This document shows, in pieces, positions 62,427 through 64,000 of a stretch of 64,000 nt of DNA. Within the stretch, counting starts at the first letter, position 1. Each line of letters opens with the position of its first letter. Position numbers and translations under genes: made by a program. Source of the DNA: Candidatus Binatus sp. (GTDB taxonomy: Bacteria > Acidobacteriota > Terriglobia > Terriglobales > Acidobacteriaceae); the NCBI GenBank assembly GCA_035482825.1, contig DATHQJ010000044.1, forward strand, positions 2,164-66,163. Reading direction: 5' to 3'. The notes below the pieces were generated by a model. The model was not told the origin of the DNA. It ran no database searches and saw only the letters and a list, made by a program, of their open reading frames with translations.

Positions 62427-62546
62427 CTAGGCTGATTTCTTTGTCTGCGAGCGAAACTCGATGACCTTTCCGCACTGCAGCCGAGGAGCCCACTTCAACG
62501 GTTTCCGGAAGTTCTTCGGTACGTAAAACTCAATCACCTTTGCCAT
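62427..62546 (-). CDS. 39-aa basic micro-protein
   Basis: ATG 62546 lies 6 nt after AAGGAG. Translation: MAKVIEFYVPKNFRKPLKWAPRLQCGKVIEFRSQTKKSA, with an internal KVIEF duplication. The longer ORF 62427..62654 has no RBS. Confidence 0.55.
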   Translation of the reverse strand: MAKVIEFYVPKNFRKPLKWAPRLQCGKVIEFRSQTKKSA

Positions 62547-62752
62547 CGCGATCTCCTTGATCCTGTGATCTCTGCCCAATCTGACGCGCCTGTCGTCCCG
62601 CGTCAATTCACCGAAGCTTTTCCCTCCATAACCGGTTCGCTGCTCGTCAAACAATTGATGGCGAATGAGTTAGCTCTGCGGATATCCTTGCCGGGGTCTG
62701 ACACTCTGTCTGTGAGAAGTGCTAGACTTCCGTGCGCAGCCCAAGTGCACTA

Positions 62753-64000
62753 ATGAAATCCCCGCCGCCCAGCTCCGTCGTGCGATTCGGAAACTATGAG
62801 GTGTCTTTCCAGTCTGGAGAGGTACGAAAAGCGGGTCTGAGAATCAGGGTGCAGCAGCAGCCGATGAAACTGCTGGAGATATTGCTGGAGCATCCGGCGG
62901 AAGTCGTCACCCGGGAGGAATTGCGCAGCCGAGTCTGGCCGAACGAAAGTTTTGGTGATTTCGATCAGGCTCTCAATATCGCAATCGGGAAGCTACGCAG
63001 TGCCTTGGAGGACTCGGCTGAGAATCCGCGATTCATCGAGACTCTTCCAAAACGTGGCTATCGTTTTATTGCCGACGTGTCGATCGTCGATGCAGACGCC
63101 CGTCCAAAAAGGCGCGAATCTGTAGCTGGAGATCTGTCTGGGTCACAAGAAAAGGAGACAGACCCTGGGCATAAGATTCAAGGTGCTGGGTTGGCGGTTG
63201 CGCCCAAACACCGGCTGTGGGTGACGCGTGGTGTAATCGGCGCCTTGGCGCTCATTCTGAGTTTGTCGATTCTCTCCGTCTGGCTATTTCGTTCGGGGGG
63301 ACCGGCTCCCACGGGCATCCGATCCATCGCAGTGCTTCCGCTGGAAAACCTTTCTGGCGACGCTTCCCAGAATTACTTCGCCGACGGCATGACCGATGAA
63401 TTGATCACCGACTTGGCACAGATCAGTGCTTTACGGGTAATCTCCCGCACCTCCGTAATGGTCTACAAAGGAGCGCGCAAGCCTCTACCGCAGATCGCTC
63501 GTGAGCTGAACGTGGACGCCGTGGTGGAAGGCACTGTGCTCCACTCCGGCGACCAGGTCCGCATCACGGCGCAGTTGATCGAGGCCTCTACCGACAAACA
63601 CTTATGGTCCCAGAGTTATGAGGGTCAGTTGCGGGATACTTTGGCGCTCCAGAACCGGGTGGCTAGTGCCATTGCAGATCAAATTCGGATCAACTTGACT
63701 CCGCGGGAGCAGGCTGCGCTAGGAAGCGCAAAGGCCGTTAATCCGGAAGCCTACCAGTCCTATCTCAAGGGGCGCTACTTCTGGAACAAACGAACGGCGG
63801 ATGGCTTGAAAGCCGCCCTGGCCTATTTCAACCAGGCAATCGATGAGGACCCACAATACGCCCAAGCTTACTCTGGCTTAGCCGACACTTACGCACTGTT
63901 GGGAGATTGGCAGTATGGGGCGATGAGCTTCAAGGAGGCGCTCCCTAAAGCGAAAGCCGCAGCCATCAAAGCTCTGGAACTGGACAGTTCGCTGAGTGAA
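62753..64000 (+). CDS. CadC/ToxR-like membrane regulator: OmpR/PhoB-type winged-helix DNA-binding domain, one TM helix, TolB-like and TPR periplasmic region. 3'-truncated by window edge
   Basis: Absent from the ORF track because no stop occurs before nt 64000. wHTH: ..VRFGNYEVSFQSGEVRKAGLRIRVQQQPMKLLEILLEHPAEVVTREELRSRVWP..ALNIAIGKLRSAL..FIETLPKRGYRFIA. TM helix: VTRGVIGALALILSLSILSVWLF. TolB-like: SIAVLPLENLSGD..YFADGMTDELITDLAQI. Confidence 0.85.
   Translation, partial: MKSPPPSSVVRFGNYEVSFQSGEVRKAGLRIRVQQQPMKLLEILLEHPAEVVTREELRSRVWPNESFGDFDQALNIAIGKLRSALEDSAENPRFIETLPKRGYRFIADVSIVDADARPKRRESVAGDLSGSQEKETDPGHKIQGAGLAVAPKHRLWVTRGVIGALALILSLSILSVWLFRSGGPAPTGIRSIAVLPLENLSGDASQNYFADGMTDELITDLAQISALRVISRTSVMVYKGARKPLPQIARELNVDAVVEGTVLHSGDQVRITAQLIEASTDKHLWSQSYEGQLRDTLALQNRVASAIADQIRINLTPREQAALGSAKAVNPEAYQSYLKGRYFWNKRTADGLKAALAYFNQAIDEDPQYAQAYSGLADTYALLGDWQYGAMSFKEALPKAKAAAIKALELDSSLSE

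Noticed and set aside
1-64000. Looked for tRNA/rRNA genes, CRISPR arrays, IS elements or transposases, integrases, phage or defence-system genes, and riboswitch-like leaders.
   Set aside because: I found no regularly spaced repeats of 25 nt or more, no transposase, integrase or nuclease-like translations, and no cloverleaf-like candidates in the spacers. A covariance-model scan (tRNAscan-SE, Infernal/Rfam) would be needed to exclude small RNAs.

Overview
GC-rich, gene-dense bacterial chromosomal window, about 45 protein-coding genes. I recognised no rRNA, tRNA, CRISPR array or transposase. The gene content points to Acidobacteriota (inference only): three VWFA-related 'acidobacterial' VWA proteins, a giant CarboxypepD_reg/TonB-dependent-receptor-like porin, CRTAC1/FG-GAP+UnbV proteins, many TPR proteins and Tat-exported Gfo/Idh/MocA enzymes.

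Layout:
(1) 1-6.8 kb: exported GH44-GH3-GH31 trio, xyloglucan/beta-glucan saccharification.
(2) 6.8-29.7 kb: envelope neighbourhood made only of exported non-enzymatic or redox proteins. It holds 4 TPR proteins, 2 paralogous CRTAC1-type beta-propellers, 1 giant TBDR-like porin, 3 paralogous VWA proteins and 2 paralogous heptaheme c-type cytochromes. This is the best candidate for an undescribed system.
(3) 29.9-32.3 kb: Tat-exported Gfo/Idh/MocA oxidoreductase plus xylose-isomerase-like TIM barrel.
(4) 32.3-42.5 kb: orphan amino-acid-processing island. It holds 2 APC permeases, a D-threonine-aldolase-like PLP enzyme, a BBE/FAD oxidase, a kynureninase-like and a SufS-like class V PLP enzyme, a split ComD/ComE-like ThDP decarboxylase and a kynurenine-formamidase-like cyclase.
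(5) 42.6-47.8 kb: arabinose genes (GH51, ribulokinase, frameshifted IlvD/Edd dehydratase).
(6) 47.9-57.6 kb: beta-helix protein, NHL gene remnant, glycogen-debranching-type enzyme, GH63-like glucosidase and a 7-repeat propeller.
(7) 57.8-62.6 kb: lower-GC patch with a membrane-anchored FNR-[2Fe-2S] fusion, micro-ORFs, an outer-membrane channel and a stand-alone CuA-type cupredoxin.
(8) 62.75 kb to the window end: CadC-like regulator.

All family calls come from reading motifs in the translations. No database search was run, and start codons are often uncertain.
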